64,000 bases of DNA from Deltaproteobacteria bacterium RBG_13_43_22. GTDB lineage: Bacteria > Desulfobacterota > RBG-13-43-22. Below the pieces are notes generated by a model, which saw only the letters and a program-made list of their open reading frames with translations, ran no database searches and had not been told where the DNA came from. Where the stretch lies: the NCBI GenBank assembly GCA_001797675.1, contig MGQB01000001.1, positions 321,531-385,530 of the forward strand. Direction: 5' to 3'. Shown here in pieces: positions 47,778-58,082 of the stretch; the stretch's first letter is position 1; each line of letters begins with the position of its first letter. Position numbers and translations under genes: made by a program.

Positions 47778-48953
47778 TTACCCTTTATTTAAGGCCTTTT
47801 TGATGCCCCTAACGGCCTGTTGGATTCGGTGAGAGTTTTCGACCAGAGCGAACCGGACATATTCATCCCCGTATTCACCAAAACCCCGGCCGGGCGCTAC
47901 GGCCACTTTTCCCTCGCGGATAAGAAACTTGGAAAATTCCACCGAACCCATTTTTCTGAAGGGTTCCGGGATCCTGGACCAGACAAACATCGTCCCTTTG
48001 GGTTTCTCCATCTTCCAACCGATCCGGTTAAGCCCCTGAATCAGGGTATCCCTTCTTTCTTTATAGGTGCTGACGATCTCCTGTACACATTCCTGAGGCC
48101 CGTTTAAGGCAATAATGGAGGCGATCTGGATCGGCTGAAAGACCCCATAATCCAAATAGCTTTTAATTCGGGTCAGGGCATGAATCAATTGTGGATTCCC
48201 GACAGCAAACCCCACCCGCCAGCCGGCCATGCTGTAACTTTTGGATAAAGAAAAGAGTTCCACCCCGACATCCTTAGCCCCGGGAATCTGCAAAAAGCTG
48301 GGGGCCTTGTACCCGTCAAAAACCAGATCGGCATAGGCGAAGTCATGGACGACCATCAGGTGATGCTCTTGGGCAAAGGCCACGATATTCTTAAAAAAAT
48401 CCTTATCCACCACCATGGTGGTGGGGTTGTGGGGAAAGGAGATGATCAGCATTTTCGGACTAGGCCAGGTCTGCTTGGTGGCGGCTAGCAGGTCCTCAAA
48501 GAAATCCCGATCATGACTCATGGGGATACTTCTCAAGTCCCCTCCGGCAATGATAACCGAAAAGGGGTGAATCGGGTAGGTGGGGTCAGGCGCAAAGACC
48601 ACATCGCCGGGACTGGTGGTGGCCAAAATCAAATGAGATATCCCCTCTTTGGCCCCTATGGTCACAATGGCTTCGGTTTCCGGGTCCAGCTCCACCTGGT
48701 AACGCCGCTTATACCAATCACAGATGGCTGTTCGGAGCCGGGTGATCCCTTTGGAAGCCGAATATCGGTGGTTATGGGATTTAAGAGAGGCTTCCCGGAG
48801 TTTATCCACGATATGTTTAGGAGTGGCCAAATCCGGATTCCCCATCCCCAGATCGATAATATCTTCCCCCTGACGCCGTAATTCCATTTTCAGGGTGTTG
48901 ACTGTAGCAAAAACATAAGGGGGGAGGCGGGTCATGCGTCTGAATTCTTCCAT
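47778..48953 (-). CDS. PLP-dependent aminotransferase class I (AlaA/aspartate aminotransferase-like)
   Basis: 391 aa protein with fold-type I motifs ([20 protein letters not shown]). Confidence 0.8.
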   Translation of the reverse strand: MEEFRRMTRLPPYVFATVNTLKMELRRQGEDIIDLGMGNPDLATPKHIVDKLREASLKSHNHRYSASKGITRLRTAICDWYKRRYQVELDPETEAIVTIGAKEGISHLILATTSPGDVVFAPDPTYPIHPFSVIIAGGDLRSIPMSHDRDFFEDLLAATKQTWPSPKMLIISFPHNPTTMVVDKDFFKNIVAFAQEHHLMVVHDFAYADLVFDGYKAPSFLQIPGAKDVGVELFSLSKSYSMAGWRVGFAVGNPQLIHALTRIKSYLDYGVFQPIQIASIIALNGPQECVQEIVSTYKERRDTLIQGLNRIGWKMEKPKGTMFVWSRIPEPFRKMGSVEFSKFLIREGKVAVAPGRGFGEYGDEYVRFALVENSHRIQQAVRGIKKALNKG

Positions 48954-49128
48954 ATCAATCTCCTCTTTTTTATGGTAAAATAGACATTAAACTAAAAATA
49001 CCCTTAAAGTCAAAATTTTTCCTCCGGATTTTTTGTAGGTATTGACAATCACGCTAAAGGGATTTAGAATTCTTCTACCTTTTTATTATCCTAACGGGTT
49101 AACCAAAGAATTATGGAAGGGAGAGATC

Positions 49129-49458
49129 ATGGGTGAAAAAAATATTACCGAAGTAACCGATGAAAATTTCCAAACGGAAATTTTGGAAAGTTCCACGCCG
49201 GTTCTGGTTGATTTTTGGGCCGTCTGGTGCGGTCCCTGCAAGGCGATTGCCCCGACCGTGGAAGAATTAGCCGTTCAATTTCAAGGGCAGGTCAAAATAG
49301 GCAAATTGAATGTGGATGAAAATCCTAAAACACCAGGCCAGTATGGGATTCGAGCCATCCCCACCCTGATCCTCTTTAAAAACGGAACCGTAGTCGAACA
49401 GATCACCGGAGCAGTTTCCAAAAGCACCCTGGAAACCGCTATCAAAAAGACCCTTTAG
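49129..49458 (+). CDS. trxA: Thioredoxin
   Basis: WCGPCK active site. The ATG at 49129 is preceded by GGAAGGGAG. The ORF track's 49042 start is an upstream extension. Confidence 0.9.
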   Translation: MGEKNITEVTDENFQTEILESSTPVLVDFWAVWCGPCKAIAPTVEELAVQFQGQVKIGKLNVDENPKTPGQYGIRAIPTLILFKNGTVVEQITGAVSKSTLETAIKKTL

Positions 49459-49465
49459 TGCGTCT

Positions 49466-50389
49466 GTGGAACATCCTGTTTACGATCTTATAATCGTGGG
49501 GGGAGGTCCAGCCGGACTAACCGCAGGGCTGTACGCCCGGCGTTCCCGTCTTAACACCCTTCTCATAGAGAAGCTCATCCCCGGGGGCCAGGTTTTGACC
49601 ACCGACTGGGTGGACAATTACCCCGGGTTTCCCGAAGGAATTTCCGGGTTTGACCTGGTGGAAAAGATGCGCCGGCAGACCGAACGGTTTGAATTGCCGG
49701 TTATCAATGATGAAATCCTCTCCCTGTCTCTGCAAGATCCGGATAAAATCATCAAGGGAACCCAAGGAACTTATACGGCCAAGGCCTTGATTATCGCCAG
49801 CGGGGCTGCCCATAAAAAACTGGGGGTCCCCGGAGAGGATCTTCTTGGCGGCAAAGGGGTTTCTTATTGCGCCACCTGTGACGGCCCCTTTTTCAGGGAT
49901 CAGGAAATCGCCGTGGTCGGCGGCGGGGACACCGCCGTTCAAGAAGCCCTTTATTTGACCCGTTTTGCAAAAAAAATTTATCTGATCCATCGAAGGGATC
50001 AGCTTAGGGCCACCCGAATCCTTCAAGAGAAAGCCCTGGCCCATACGGCTATTCAACCGGTTTGGAATTCTATGGTGGAATCCATCCAGGGCACAGATCA
50101 AGTGGAGGGTGTTAGTATCAAGAATAAAGACGGTTCTTCCGGCCGGACGCTTTCGGTTGAAGGGGTTTTTATTCTGGTCGGGACCCTGCCCAATACCGAG
50201 TGGTTGAAACCGGTGGTACCGTTGGACCCTCAAGGATTTATTCAAACCGATCCCCATATGGCAACTCCCATCCCGGGAATCTTTGCCGCCGGAGATGTTC
50301 GCCAAAAGCTGTTAAGACAAATATCTACGGCCGTTGGAGATGGGGCCACCGCCGTTTTCGCCGCTGAAAGATACCTGGAGGCCTTATGA
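49466..50389 (+). CDS. trxB: Thioredoxin-disulfide reductase
   Basis: FAD motif (GGGPAGLTAG), redox CATC motif and NADPH motif (GGGDTA). Confidence 0.9.
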   Translation: MEHPVYDLIIVGGGPAGLTAGLYARRSRLNTLLIEKLIPGGQVLTTDWVDNYPGFPEGISGFDLVEKMRRQTERFELPVINDEILSLSLQDPDKIIKGTQGTYTAKALIIASGAAHKKLGVPGEDLLGGKGVSYCATCDGPFFRDQEIAVVGGGDTAVQEALYLTRFAKKIYLIHRRDQLRATRILQEKALAHTAIQPVWNSMVESIQGTDQVEGVSIKNKDGSSGRTLSVEGVFILVGTLPNTEWLKPVVPLDPQGFIQTDPHMATPIPGIFAAGDVRQKLLRQISTAVGDGATAVFAAERYLEAL

Positions 50390-51117
50390 AGGAATTTACC
50401 CTGTTTACCCGATCTCCAATAAAACACACCCTGTTTTTATTAATCATGGCCTGGATCTTATTATCCCTGGCGGGATGTGGGTTGTACGAGTGGTTCAAAA
50501 GCAAAGATTCCAAAGAACTGGAAAAGACCGCTGAAGCCTTGATTATGGAAGGTCTGGATGCCTACCAGCGGAAAAAATATGAAAAGGCCGCTGACGCCTT
50601 TCAGAAACTGAAAGATCGTTTTCCTTACAATCAATATGCCATCGTGGCCGAGCTGAAATTGGCCGACAGTTATTTTTTGAAGAAGGATTATCTTTTGGCT
50701 GCCACGGCCTATAAGGAATTCGAAAAAATGCACCCCACCAATGAAATCACCCCCTATGTGATTTTTCAAACGGCCCTGTGTTACTTTAAACAGATGCCCA
50801 CGATCGACCGGGACCAGAGTTACGCTTTTCAGGCGGTTCAGGAATTTGAACGATTGATCAAAAACTATCCCCAGAGCGAATATGTCTCCCAAGCCCAAAC
50901 CCATCTGATAACCGCCCAAAAAAACCTGGCCTTCCATGAATTTGCTATAGGGGAATACTACTTTAATGAAAAAAAATATGAGGCTGCTCTGGGCAGGTTT
51001 GAAATTATCGCGCAACAGTTCCCCGACGCCGCTCACCCGCCTAACTTAAAAAAATATATCGAGATCTGCAAGGAAAAACTGGCTCAAGCCCAGGCTCAAA
51101 AATCAAAAACCCCTTGA
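50386..51117 (+). CDS. bamD: Outer-membrane protein assembly factor BamD (TPR lipoprotein)
   Basis: Lipobox (LSLAGC) followed by TPR repeats. ATGA overlap with the trxB stop. Confidence 0.7.
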   Translation: MKEFTLFTRSPIKHTLFLLIMAWILLSLAGCGLYEWFKSKDSKELEKTAEALIMEGLDAYQRKKYEKAADAFQKLKDRFPYNQYAIVAELKLADSYFLKKDYLLAATAYKEFEKMHPTNEITPYVIFQTALCYFKQMPTIDRDQSYAFQAVQEFERLIKNYPQSEYVSQAQTHLITAQKNLAFHEFAIGEYYFNEKKYEAALGRFEIIAQQFPDAAHPPNLKKYIEICKEKLAQAQAQKSKTP

Positions 51118-51308
51118 TGCCGGATATTTTGGGAGATGTTTTCTTGTTACCATTCGGGAGAAGAAAAACGAAAGGGTAAATATTCTTATCTTTTTCTACC
51201 TGGTTGGATTAGGTTCATTTAACCGGAATCCGCAATCGGAAATCCAAATTTGAAAGTGGCGCCCAAAATACGTTGAGTTTAGGGCAGCCATGAACCTTAC
51301 CTGGTTCA

Positions 51309-51401
51309 TGGCGGAGAGAGAGGGATTCGAACCCTCGGTAGAGGTTTCCCCCTACACTCGCTTAGCAGGCGAGCACCTTAAGCCTACTCGGTCATCTCTC
51401 C
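51309..51401 (-). tRNA. tRNA-Ser (anticodon GCU)
   Basis: Reverse-complement folds as GGAGAGA acceptor stem, anticodon loop CUGCUAA, long variable arm, T-loop GGTTCGAAT and a genomically encoded CCA. Confidence 0.85.
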
Positions 51402-51517
51402 GTAATGCAGTCGCAGTCCTTTTCCAACAAAACCCTCTTCCCTCTTAGAACACTCCTAAGCAACATCTCAGGGTTTGTGGATTCCGAAATCCGCAATCCG
51501 ATATCGGAAATAATGGA

Positions 51518-51609
51518 TGGCGGAGGGAGAGGGATTCGAACCCCCGTTCCCCGGAAGGAAAGCGGTTTTCAAGACCGCCGCCTTAAACCACTCGGCCATC
51601 CCTCCCTCC
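51518..51609 (-). tRNA. tRNA-Ser (anticodon UGA)
   Basis: Reverse-complement folds as GGAGGGA acceptor stem, anticodon loop CUUGAAA, long variable arm, T-loop GGTTCGAAT and an encoded CCA. Confidence 0.85.
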
Positions 51610-51951
51610 TTAAATTAGTATCTTTTTACCATTCTCCTCTCTTTCTGTCAACCACAAGCAATTTTACCTTGGCAGGAAATTTTCTTCACCGGTCCCGGTT
51701 TCTTGGACAAAAGATCCCGCTGAAACCCGGGAAGTTTTTTTGGTGGTGGTCTTTGACAATTTATCCATATTAGACGAATTTCGGTTTTGCTCCATATCAT
51801 AAGAAACGATGTCCTTTTTATCGATAATTATTGGTTAATATGACAATTTTCCCTATTACCAATATTTAAAGTATGTTATAATATATAATATAGATACATT
51901 GGGAAATAGAGAACTTCGTATGTTAATTGTTAGCCGTTACGAACATTAATT

Positions 51952-52329
51952 ATGACCGAACAGTCATCCCCAAGCTCTCGCAATATCCCATTGCCGATTC
52001 AGCGGGAGGTGCGGCGGCGCTGCGGCTTTGGCTGCGTTATTTGTGGCATGCCGCTATATGAATTCGAGCACATGCTTGGTTGGGCCAAGGTCCAAAGGCA
52101 TGTCACAGAGGAAATCACTCTATTGTGCGATCAACATCACCGAGAACGCACGGCAGGCCTTCTTCCAATTGAGGCCGTAAGCGAGGCAAACGCCAATCCC
52201 TACAATTTGCGCGGGGAGTATCAAAACCCTATGACCTCCATTTCGCGGGGAATAAATGCGAAGCTGTACTCGGTTCGAATACCTTCACCTTTGAGTATCT
52301 CGGCGTGCCAACATTTACCGTCCCTGTAG
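51952..52329 (+). CDS. HNH-family endonuclease-like protein
   Basis: RRCGFGCVIC...YEFEHMLGW...LLCDQHHRE matches the HNH C-x2-C / E-H / C-x2-H architecture. Sits in an AT-rich islet next to the tRNA-Ser genes. Confidence 0.5.
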   Translation: MTEQSSPSSRNIPLPIQREVRRRCGFGCVICGMPLYEFEHMLGWAKVQRHVTEEITLLCDQHHRERTAGLLPIEAVSEANANPYNLRGEYQNPMTSISRGINAKLYSVRIPSPLSISACQHLPSL

Positions 52330-52387
52330 GTGTTGATGGCGTACCTCTCCTAGCCTTTCTGCTTGATGATGATCACCTGCTTCTGCT

Positions 52388-52801
52388 TTGCGACTCTTCG
52401 ACGAGGTAAATAATCCGGTCCTTCAGATCATCAACAATCAACTCATTTACTCAGTTGCACCTTGGGACATTCATCTCGTCGGCACGAATCTGGTAATTAG
52501 GGATGCACCACGAAAAATACTCGTGGATATCACGTTTGGCGTACCGAACAGGATCGTGATTAATCGAGGTCGATTTCTCTTCAATGGCGTGGAGATCTTG
52601 TTAACGCCAGAGTATTTTCTTGTCGTTAACAACGCGACGATGATGTCTCAATGTCATATGGAGAATTGTCATGGAGGAATCATCATCGGCTCGCAAGATT
52701 TTGGGGGCGGAACGGCATTCCGAATCGCCGGGGTTTCGCGGTACCTCGGCGACCGGACTGCGGCAATTCAGTGGGCCGAACAATCGCTTGGTAACGGCTA
52801 A
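52388..52801 (+). CDS. Hypothetical protein (no canonical ATG start; possibly a decayed or frameshifted partner of the HNH gene)
   Basis: 137 aa ORF opening at TTG. The next frame is open across the gap to the HNH ORF. No recognisable motifs. Confidence 0.3.
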   Translation: MRLFDEVNNPVLQIINNQLIYSVAPWDIHLVGTNLVIRDAPRKILVDITFGVPNRIVINRGRFLFNGVEILLTPEYFLVVNNATMMSQCHMENCHGGIIIGSQDFGGGTAFRIAGVSRYLGDRTAAIQWAEQSLGNG

Positions 52802-52941
52802 CCCCCAATTCGAGAAGGATGCTTCGCGAGCAGCACTTCGTGCGCTCGCTCGCGCCTCTCAATTGGACCGTTCGCCATAATTAACTTGACACTGCCAAAT
52901 ATTAAGCGTACCATATGTGGTACGTTTAGGAGGTGAAAGAT

Positions 52942-53184
52942 ATGACAGCATTGTCCGCATCAGAAGCAAGAAAGCGTTTATATACTCTGGTGGATGAAGT
53001 AAAAGAGACCCACCAACCGGTACAAATCGTCGGCAAGAGAAGTTCTGCGGTTCTTGTATCCGAAGAAGACTGGAAAGCAATTGAAGAAACACTCTTCCTT
53101 ACGTCAATTCCCGGCATGAGGGAATCCATTAAGAAGGGTCTTAAGACACCCGTAGAAAAGTGCTCGAAGGAGCCCGGCTGGTGA
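52942..53184 (+). CDS. yefM: Type II antitoxin, Phd/YefM family
   Basis: MTALSASEARKRLYTLVDEV...PVQIVGKRSSAVLVSEEDWKAIEETL is canonical YefM. An AGGAGG ribosome-binding site lies 8 nt upstream of the ATG at 52942. Confidence 0.8.
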   Translation: MTALSASEARKRLYTLVDEVKETHQPVQIVGKRSSAVLVSEEDWKAIEETLFLTSIPGMRESIKKGLKTPVEKCSKEPGW

Positions 53185-53444
53185 GTTGGCGATTGAGGTA
53201 TACCAAACAGGCTCAAAAAGACGCAAAGAAAATCGCACAGTCTGGTCTTAAGCCCCAATCATCAAAGCTATTAGAAATAATCCAAAATAATCCTTACCAA
53301 AACCCTCCGCCTTACGAGAAGCTGGTCGGTGATCTCACTGAGGCGTTGTCCCGAAGAATCAATATTCAACATCGTCTTATCTATCAGGTTCTTGAAGACA
53401 TCAAAACTGTGAAAGTGCTACGTATGTGGACACATCATGAATAA
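53181..53444 (+). CDS. yoeB: Type II toxin, YoeB/Txe (RelE superfamily)
   Basis: C-terminus (RRINIQHRLIYQVLEDIKTVKVLRMWTHHE) matches YoeB (RRITEEHRLVY...RYHY). The GTG start overlaps the yefM stop (GTGA). Confidence 0.75.
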   Translation: MSWRLRYTKQAQKDAKKIAQSGLKPQSSKLLEIIQNNPYQNPPPYEKLVGDLTEALSRRINIQHRLIYQVLEDIKTVKVLRMWTHHE

Positions 53445-53527
53445 AACGGCGAACAAGTCATTCCACCGGATCGGCCAAAAGGCGGGCCTCCCGGTGAACT
53501 CGCCGTTGACCTGAGGTGTTTCCAACT

Positions 53528-54709
53528 TTATTTTCTTTTTACAATCCTGAGCCCGTCCTTGATCTGATTGGAGGGATGGAGAAAGACCTCCTCCCCTTCC
53601 TTCAATCCTTTTACGATCTCCGCCTCAAAGGTTCCCTGTCGGCCCACTTCGACCACACGCCGCCTGGCCCGGCCCTCCTGGTTAACGAAAACCGCCCAAT
53701 TCTGTCCAATCCTGAAAAGTGCACTGGCGGGAATTTTCAGGACCTCTTCTCCCTTCCAGATAACGATCCGGGCCTCGACCCGAAAACCGTCTCCCAGGGA
53801 AGCCGGCGGGTCCACAAAGTCGGCAATGACATTGACCCGTTTTTCTTCCACACCCAAAGCCGACACCTTGGTAAACCCCCAGGGTTCCACCAGCCTCACC
53901 CTGGCCTCAAGCGGTTGATTCCCTCCCCAGTTGTCCAGCAAAACCGTATGGCCCGGTTTGACCTTAACGGCCTCCGTAGTCAGCAGGTCGATCACCACTT
54001 CGAGTTGAGAAGGATTCCCAAGCACCAACAGCGGTGTTCCGGGTGCGACGACCTGCTCGTTTTTTTCCAGGACTTTGAGCACCCGACCGGACACAGGAGA
54101 ACGAACAGCGATGGTTTGAGGCTCTCCTTTTACTTCTTCCAGGGCCAGCAGACCGGCCTGGATGGCCTTAACCTCAAAGGCCGCGGCCTGGGCCTTCATT
54201 TGGACGGCACGGAGTTCCTCATTTCGCAGCTTTTCCGCATCCCTGGAGAATTCCATTTCCTGCTGGGTGGCCAAACCGTTTTTTTGCAGCTGCTCCATCC
54301 GCTGTCTCTCCCGCCGGGACTTTTCAACATTAATCCGGGTCTGCTCGATCAGGACCTCCGTTTCCCGGTGCAAGGCTTCGGCGGCCTGGAGCCTGGCCCG
54401 AATCTCGGTCGATTCCCGCCTTCCCAGGGGCAGGGGGTGGATCACGGCGATCGATTGATTGAATCCCACGGGATCCCCTTCTTTAAGTCGGATACGGGTC
54501 AATCGACCGGCTACAGGAGAAGCAACGATAAAGCGATCCTTGGCCCGGGTTTCACCTTCCTCATCCACCGTGACCATCAAAGGGCCTTTCTGGGCCCGTT
54601 GCAGATCCACTTCGACCGGAGAAGGAAGAAAGACCCAAATGATAACGCCTAATAAAATGACGGCCGAAATGATATAGAGTAGTCCCTTTTTTCTGTTTTT
54701 TTTCATCAT
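53528..54709 (-). CDS. HlyD-family periplasmic adaptor (DevB/MacA-like) of the ABC efflux system
   Basis: Start moved to the ATGATG at 54709 (MMKKNRKKGLLYIISAVILLGVIIW) with a GAGG ribosome-binding site. The upstream ORF-track extension runs through a structured repeat. Coiled-coil and beta-barrel adaptor domains are present. Confidence 0.75.
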   Translation of the reverse strand: MMKKNRKKGLLYIISAVILLGVIIWVFLPSPVEVDLQRAQKGPLMVTVDEEGETRAKDRFIVASPVAGRLTRIRLKEGDPVGFNQSIAVIHPLPLGRRESTEIRARLQAAEALHRETEVLIEQTRINVEKSRRERQRMEQLQKNGLATQQEMEFSRDAEKLRNEELRAVQMKAQAAAFEVKAIQAGLLALEEVKGEPQTIAVRSPVSGRVLKVLEKNEQVVAPGTPLLVLGNPSQLEVVIDLLTTEAVKVKPGHTVLLDNWGGNQPLEARVRLVEPWGFTKVSALGVEEKRVNVIADFVDPPASLGDGFRVEARIVIWKGEEVLKIPASALFRIGQNWAVFVNQEGRARRRVVEVGRQGTFEAEIVKGLKEGEEVFLHPSNQIKDGLRIVKRK

Positions 54710-54727
54710 AGATGACCTCACATTGTT

Positions 54728-54925
54728 CACCGCAAAGACGCAAAGGGCGCAAAGGGCGCAAAGAAGAACCTTTATCAATTGCCGGTGAGAGGCCGGCAAT
54801 CGATAAACTACGCTACCCTCCGGGTAATTATTCGGCCAGAAGCCAAAGTTGCTTTGTTCAATCCCGAATTTCACGGGATTGAACAAAAAAATGGTTTTCT
54901 TAGCGTTCTTTGCGTCTTTGCGGTG
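54728..54925. repeat. ~200 bp inverted-repeat-bounded structured element between the permease and adaptor genes
   Basis: Terminal inverted repeats CACCGCAAAGACGCAAAG...(GGGCGCAAAG x2) and CTTTGCGTCTTTGCGGTG. Two internal perfect hairpins (TTGCCGG..CCGGCAA; GTTCAATCCCG..CGGGATTGAAC). Confidence 0.45.
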
Positions 54926-54998
54926 AAAGATTTTTACCAATAAAAAATTAAAAACTATCAACCAGTTGACGTGATTGAACCAATTTCCAAATCCGAAA

Positions 54999-57362
54999 TT
55001 ACTCCCTGGTCTTCAACACGGCGATGAGATCCAAGTGTTTTAACCGTCGGCGAACGAAGAGACCGGAAATAAAAGCAGCCAGGACAGTGACGCCCAATGA
55101 ATAAATTACACTTTTCCCGGTCAGAACCAGCGGGAAACGGTAAAGCTCCGTTTCCAGGGCCTTGGACATGAGCCAGCAAAAATAATATCCGATGATCAGC
55201 CCGACGGGAAGGGCCGTTAAGGTGAGGAAGGCCTGTTCCCCCAGGAGAATACGGGCGATCTCCTGCTCGGTGAACCCCAGGACCCTGAGGGAGGCCATTT
55301 CATGACCCCGTTCCGAAAGAGAGATCCGGGCGCTGTTATAAACCAGTCCGAAGGCAATGACCGAGGCGAAAATGATCAAGACGAACGTTGAAATATACAT
55401 GCTCTGGGCAATGGTGTCCCGAAAGCCCTGAACCATGTGTTTACGGAAGGCTACCCCGGCTACGGCCGGAACCTTTTTGATTTTGGTAAAAAAGTCCGGT
55501 TCCTGAAGGGGGTCCACGGTTAAAAAAGCCCCGGAAACAGCCGGGCCTTCATGCATATGTTTATTTAAAGACCGGAGGTCCATATAAGCGGAGATCCCCA
55601 GCAGTTCATCAATAATTCCGGCAACGGGTATGGTCAGGACCGGTCGTTTCCCCTCCAGGACTTCGACCGACAGTAAATATCCGGGCCTGACCTGGAGTGA
55701 ATCGGCCAACTGTTTGGTCAGCACCAGACCCTCTGATGGAAGGTTCACCGGCCGCAGGTCCTTGTCCAGAAGCTGTCTCAATCGGCCGGTGGGTGATATC
55801 CCCTGGATGCCGATCCGCCTGCTGCGATGTTCGAAGCGCAGGCGGGCGGGAACCAGACGAAAGGACTCCACACTGCGCACTCCGGGCAAACGGGTGGTGT
55901 CATAACGGGCACCCGAACCGACAGGATGGTTAAAAATCAGCATGGCATCCTCCCGCTGGATGGTCTCAAACTGGACCCGTATCAGGTACTCAACGGAATC
56001 GAAGCTGTATCGCCCCACCAGGAGAATGGCCACGGCAAAGGCGATACCGAGCAGGGTAAAACCGGCCTTGGCCCGGTTTCGCCCCAGGTTGCGGATAATC
56101 ATGCGCAACGCCGGCGAGATAAACCGCTGGAGACCGATTCGTTCAATCAATCCCGGACGAAAACGGGCCGGGGGTTCAGGGCGCATAGCCTCGGCCGGAG
56201 GCAGGGAAACGGCCTTCCGGACCGAAAGTAGGGCCCCCAACCCGGCGGCCGCAAAGCTGATGAAAATGACCAGCACCAGCAAGTCCGGACGAATTCGGGA
56301 ATAAAAAACCGGGAAACGATAAAACTGCTGATAGATTTCGGCGATCAAACTCCCCAGCCAGAGCCCCAGAACGGTGCCCGGTAAGGACCCGGCGAAAATC
56401 ACCACCAGGGCAAACTTCAGGTAGTGAAAACCAATGGCGCTGCTGCTGTAACCGAAAGCCTTCAACAGGGCGATCTGGTTGCGCTGCAGGATGATCAGGC
56501 GGGACAGAACGATGTGAATCAGGAAAACGGCGACGCCCAAAAAGATGGAAGGGACGATCATACCGGAAACCCGGTTCTGGGCGATCTCATCGGACAGGAA
56601 ACGGTTGGAAAGCTGGTCGCTCCGTCCATAGGCCCCCAGTCCCCCATAGGGTTCGAGAACACGATCCAGCCGGGCAATGACCTCGGCTTCCTGGGTTCCG
56701 GGGGCCAGGGTCAAGGACAGATCGTTAAAGGCCCCTTTCATTTGAAAGGCCGGCCCCATGGCCTCCCGGCTCATCCACAAGACCCCGAACCGTTTGCTGT
56801 CCGGCAGTATGGTGCCGCTGGGAATTTCAATGACATATTCCGGGGAAAGGGCCACCCCGACAATGAGCAGGTGCTCCCAGCGGCCGTTGATAATCGCCCC
56901 CAGCGTGTTCCCGGGTTTGAGCTGATTGGCCTGGGCGAAGGCCTCACTGATGATGACCTCGTTTCTTCTTCCGGGTTCGATGGTTCGGCCTTGCCGCAAG
57001 GCCAGGTCGTTGAGTAAAGGTTTGCCTGATCCCGGGATAGAAACCAGCCGGCCCGTAGCCGGTTCCTTCAAACCGGGTACGTCCAGGATCACTTCAAAGA
57101 CAATCCGCGTTTGAAGGGCCGTGACGCCGGGGATGGCGGCGATAGACGAAGTCAAGGATTCAGGTGCCCGTTTAAGCTGGGCAAAGACCTCGGCGAAACG
57201 GTATTCGCTGTAATAGGCCGACTGGGAAACCACCAGGGACTGAAAGGTGTTGTGCATGGTTACAAAGGCCGAAAGACCGCAAAGCACCACCAGGGCCACG
57301 GCTATGGCCTGTCCCCGGTAGTGGATGAGGTCGCGGAGAAGTTTTCGGTCAAGGGAGGTCAT
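54999..57362 (-). CDS. ABC efflux permease with duplicated FtsX domains (DevC/MacB-like, 787 aa)
   Basis: Two MacB-periplasmic-plus-FtsX 4-TM modules. ABC ATPase upstream and HlyD adaptor downstream. Confidence 0.8.
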   Translation of the reverse strand: MTSLDRKLLRDLIHYRGQAIAVALVVLCGLSAFVTMHNTFQSLVVSQSAYYSEYRFAEVFAQLKRAPESLTSSIAAIPGVTALQTRIVFEVILDVPGLKEPATGRLVSIPGSGKPLLNDLALRQGRTIEPGRRNEVIISEAFAQANQLKPGNTLGAIINGRWEHLLIVGVALSPEYVIEIPSGTILPDSKRFGVLWMSREAMGPAFQMKGAFNDLSLTLAPGTQEAEVIARLDRVLEPYGGLGAYGRSDQLSNRFLSDEIAQNRVSGMIVPSIFLGVAVFLIHIVLSRLIILQRNQIALLKAFGYSSSAIGFHYLKFALVVIFAGSLPGTVLGLWLGSLIAEIYQQFYRFPVFYSRIRPDLLVLVIFISFAAAGLGALLSVRKAVSLPPAEAMRPEPPARFRPGLIERIGLQRFISPALRMIIRNLGRNRAKAGFTLLGIAFAVAILLVGRYSFDSVEYLIRVQFETIQREDAMLIFNHPVGSGARYDTTRLPGVRSVESFRLVPARLRFEHRSRRIGIQGISPTGRLRQLLDKDLRPVNLPSEGLVLTKQLADSLQVRPGYLLSVEVLEGKRPVLTIPVAGIIDELLGISAYMDLRSLNKHMHEGPAVSGAFLTVDPLQEPDFFTKIKKVPAVAGVAFRKHMVQGFRDTIAQSMYISTFVLIIFASVIAFGLVYNSARISLSERGHEMASLRVLGFTEQEIARILLGEQAFLTLTALPVGLIIGYYFCWLMSKALETELYRFPLVLTGKSVIYSLGVTVLAAFISGLFVRRRLKHLDLIAVLKTRE

Positions 57363-57368
57363 GCGGTC

Positions 57369-58082
57369 CTACCAACTTAAATCTTTGGGAGAGGCTTTTG
57401 TCAGATTTTGCTGCAGATCAATAATCCTGCCGCTGCTGATGCGGATGACCCGGTCGGCCATGGAAGCGATGGCCGCATTGTGGGTAATAACGGCCGTGGT
57501 GGTGCCCAGCTGCTCATTGACCTGCTGAAGGGCCTCCAAAACCCGGATGCCGGTGGTGATGTCCAGGGCGCCGGTGGGTTCATCACACAGCAGGACATCT
57601 GGGCGTTTGACAATCGCCCGGGCAATGGCGATACGCTGTTGCTCGCCTCCGGAAAGCTGGGCCGGGAAATGGTGGAGCCGGTCCCCCAGGTCGACTAAAT
57701 TCAGGGCCTCTGCTGGCTCCATGGGATTTTCGGCAATCTCGGCCACCAGGGCCACATTTTCCAAAGCGGTGAGGCTGGGAATCAGGTTGTAGAATTGGAA
57801 GACGAAGCCCACATGTTCGCGCCTGAATCGGGTCAGCTCTTTATCGTCGTATCGGGAAAGGTTGTGATCGAAATAAAAAACCTCGCCGGCAGTAGGCACA
57901 TCCAGGCCGCCCAGGATGTTGAGCAGGGTGGACTTACCGCTTCCGGAAGGCCCCAGAAGAACCGCGAATTCCCCTTCAAAGAGATCCAGATCCACGCCGT
58001 TTAAGGCGCGCACCTCCACCTCACCCACCTGATAGAACTTGGTGACTCCATGGATATGAAAGACGGCCTTGGGGTTTTTCAC
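57369..58082 (-). CDS. ABC transporter ATP-binding protein (MacB/LolD-type)
   Basis: Walker A (GPSGSGKST), signature (LSGGEQQR) and Walker B (LLCDEPT). Confidence 0.9.
   Translation of the reverse strand: MKNPKAVFHIHGVTKFYQVGEVEVRALNGVDLDLFEGEFAVLLGPSGSGKSTLLNILGGLDVPTAGEVFYFDHNLSRYDDKELTRFRREHVGFVFQFYNLIPSLTALENVALVAEIAENPMEPAEALNLVDLGDRLHHFPAQLSGGEQQRIAIARAIVKRPDVLLCDEPTGALDITTGIRVLEALQQVNEQLGTTTAVITHNAAIASMADRVIRISSGRIIDLQQNLTKASPKDLSW

Noticed and set aside
52859-53258. Minus-strand ORFs (77 and 110 aa) overlapping yefM/yoeB
   Set aside because: They are antisense to a canonical, translationally coupled toxin-antitoxin operon and have no motifs.
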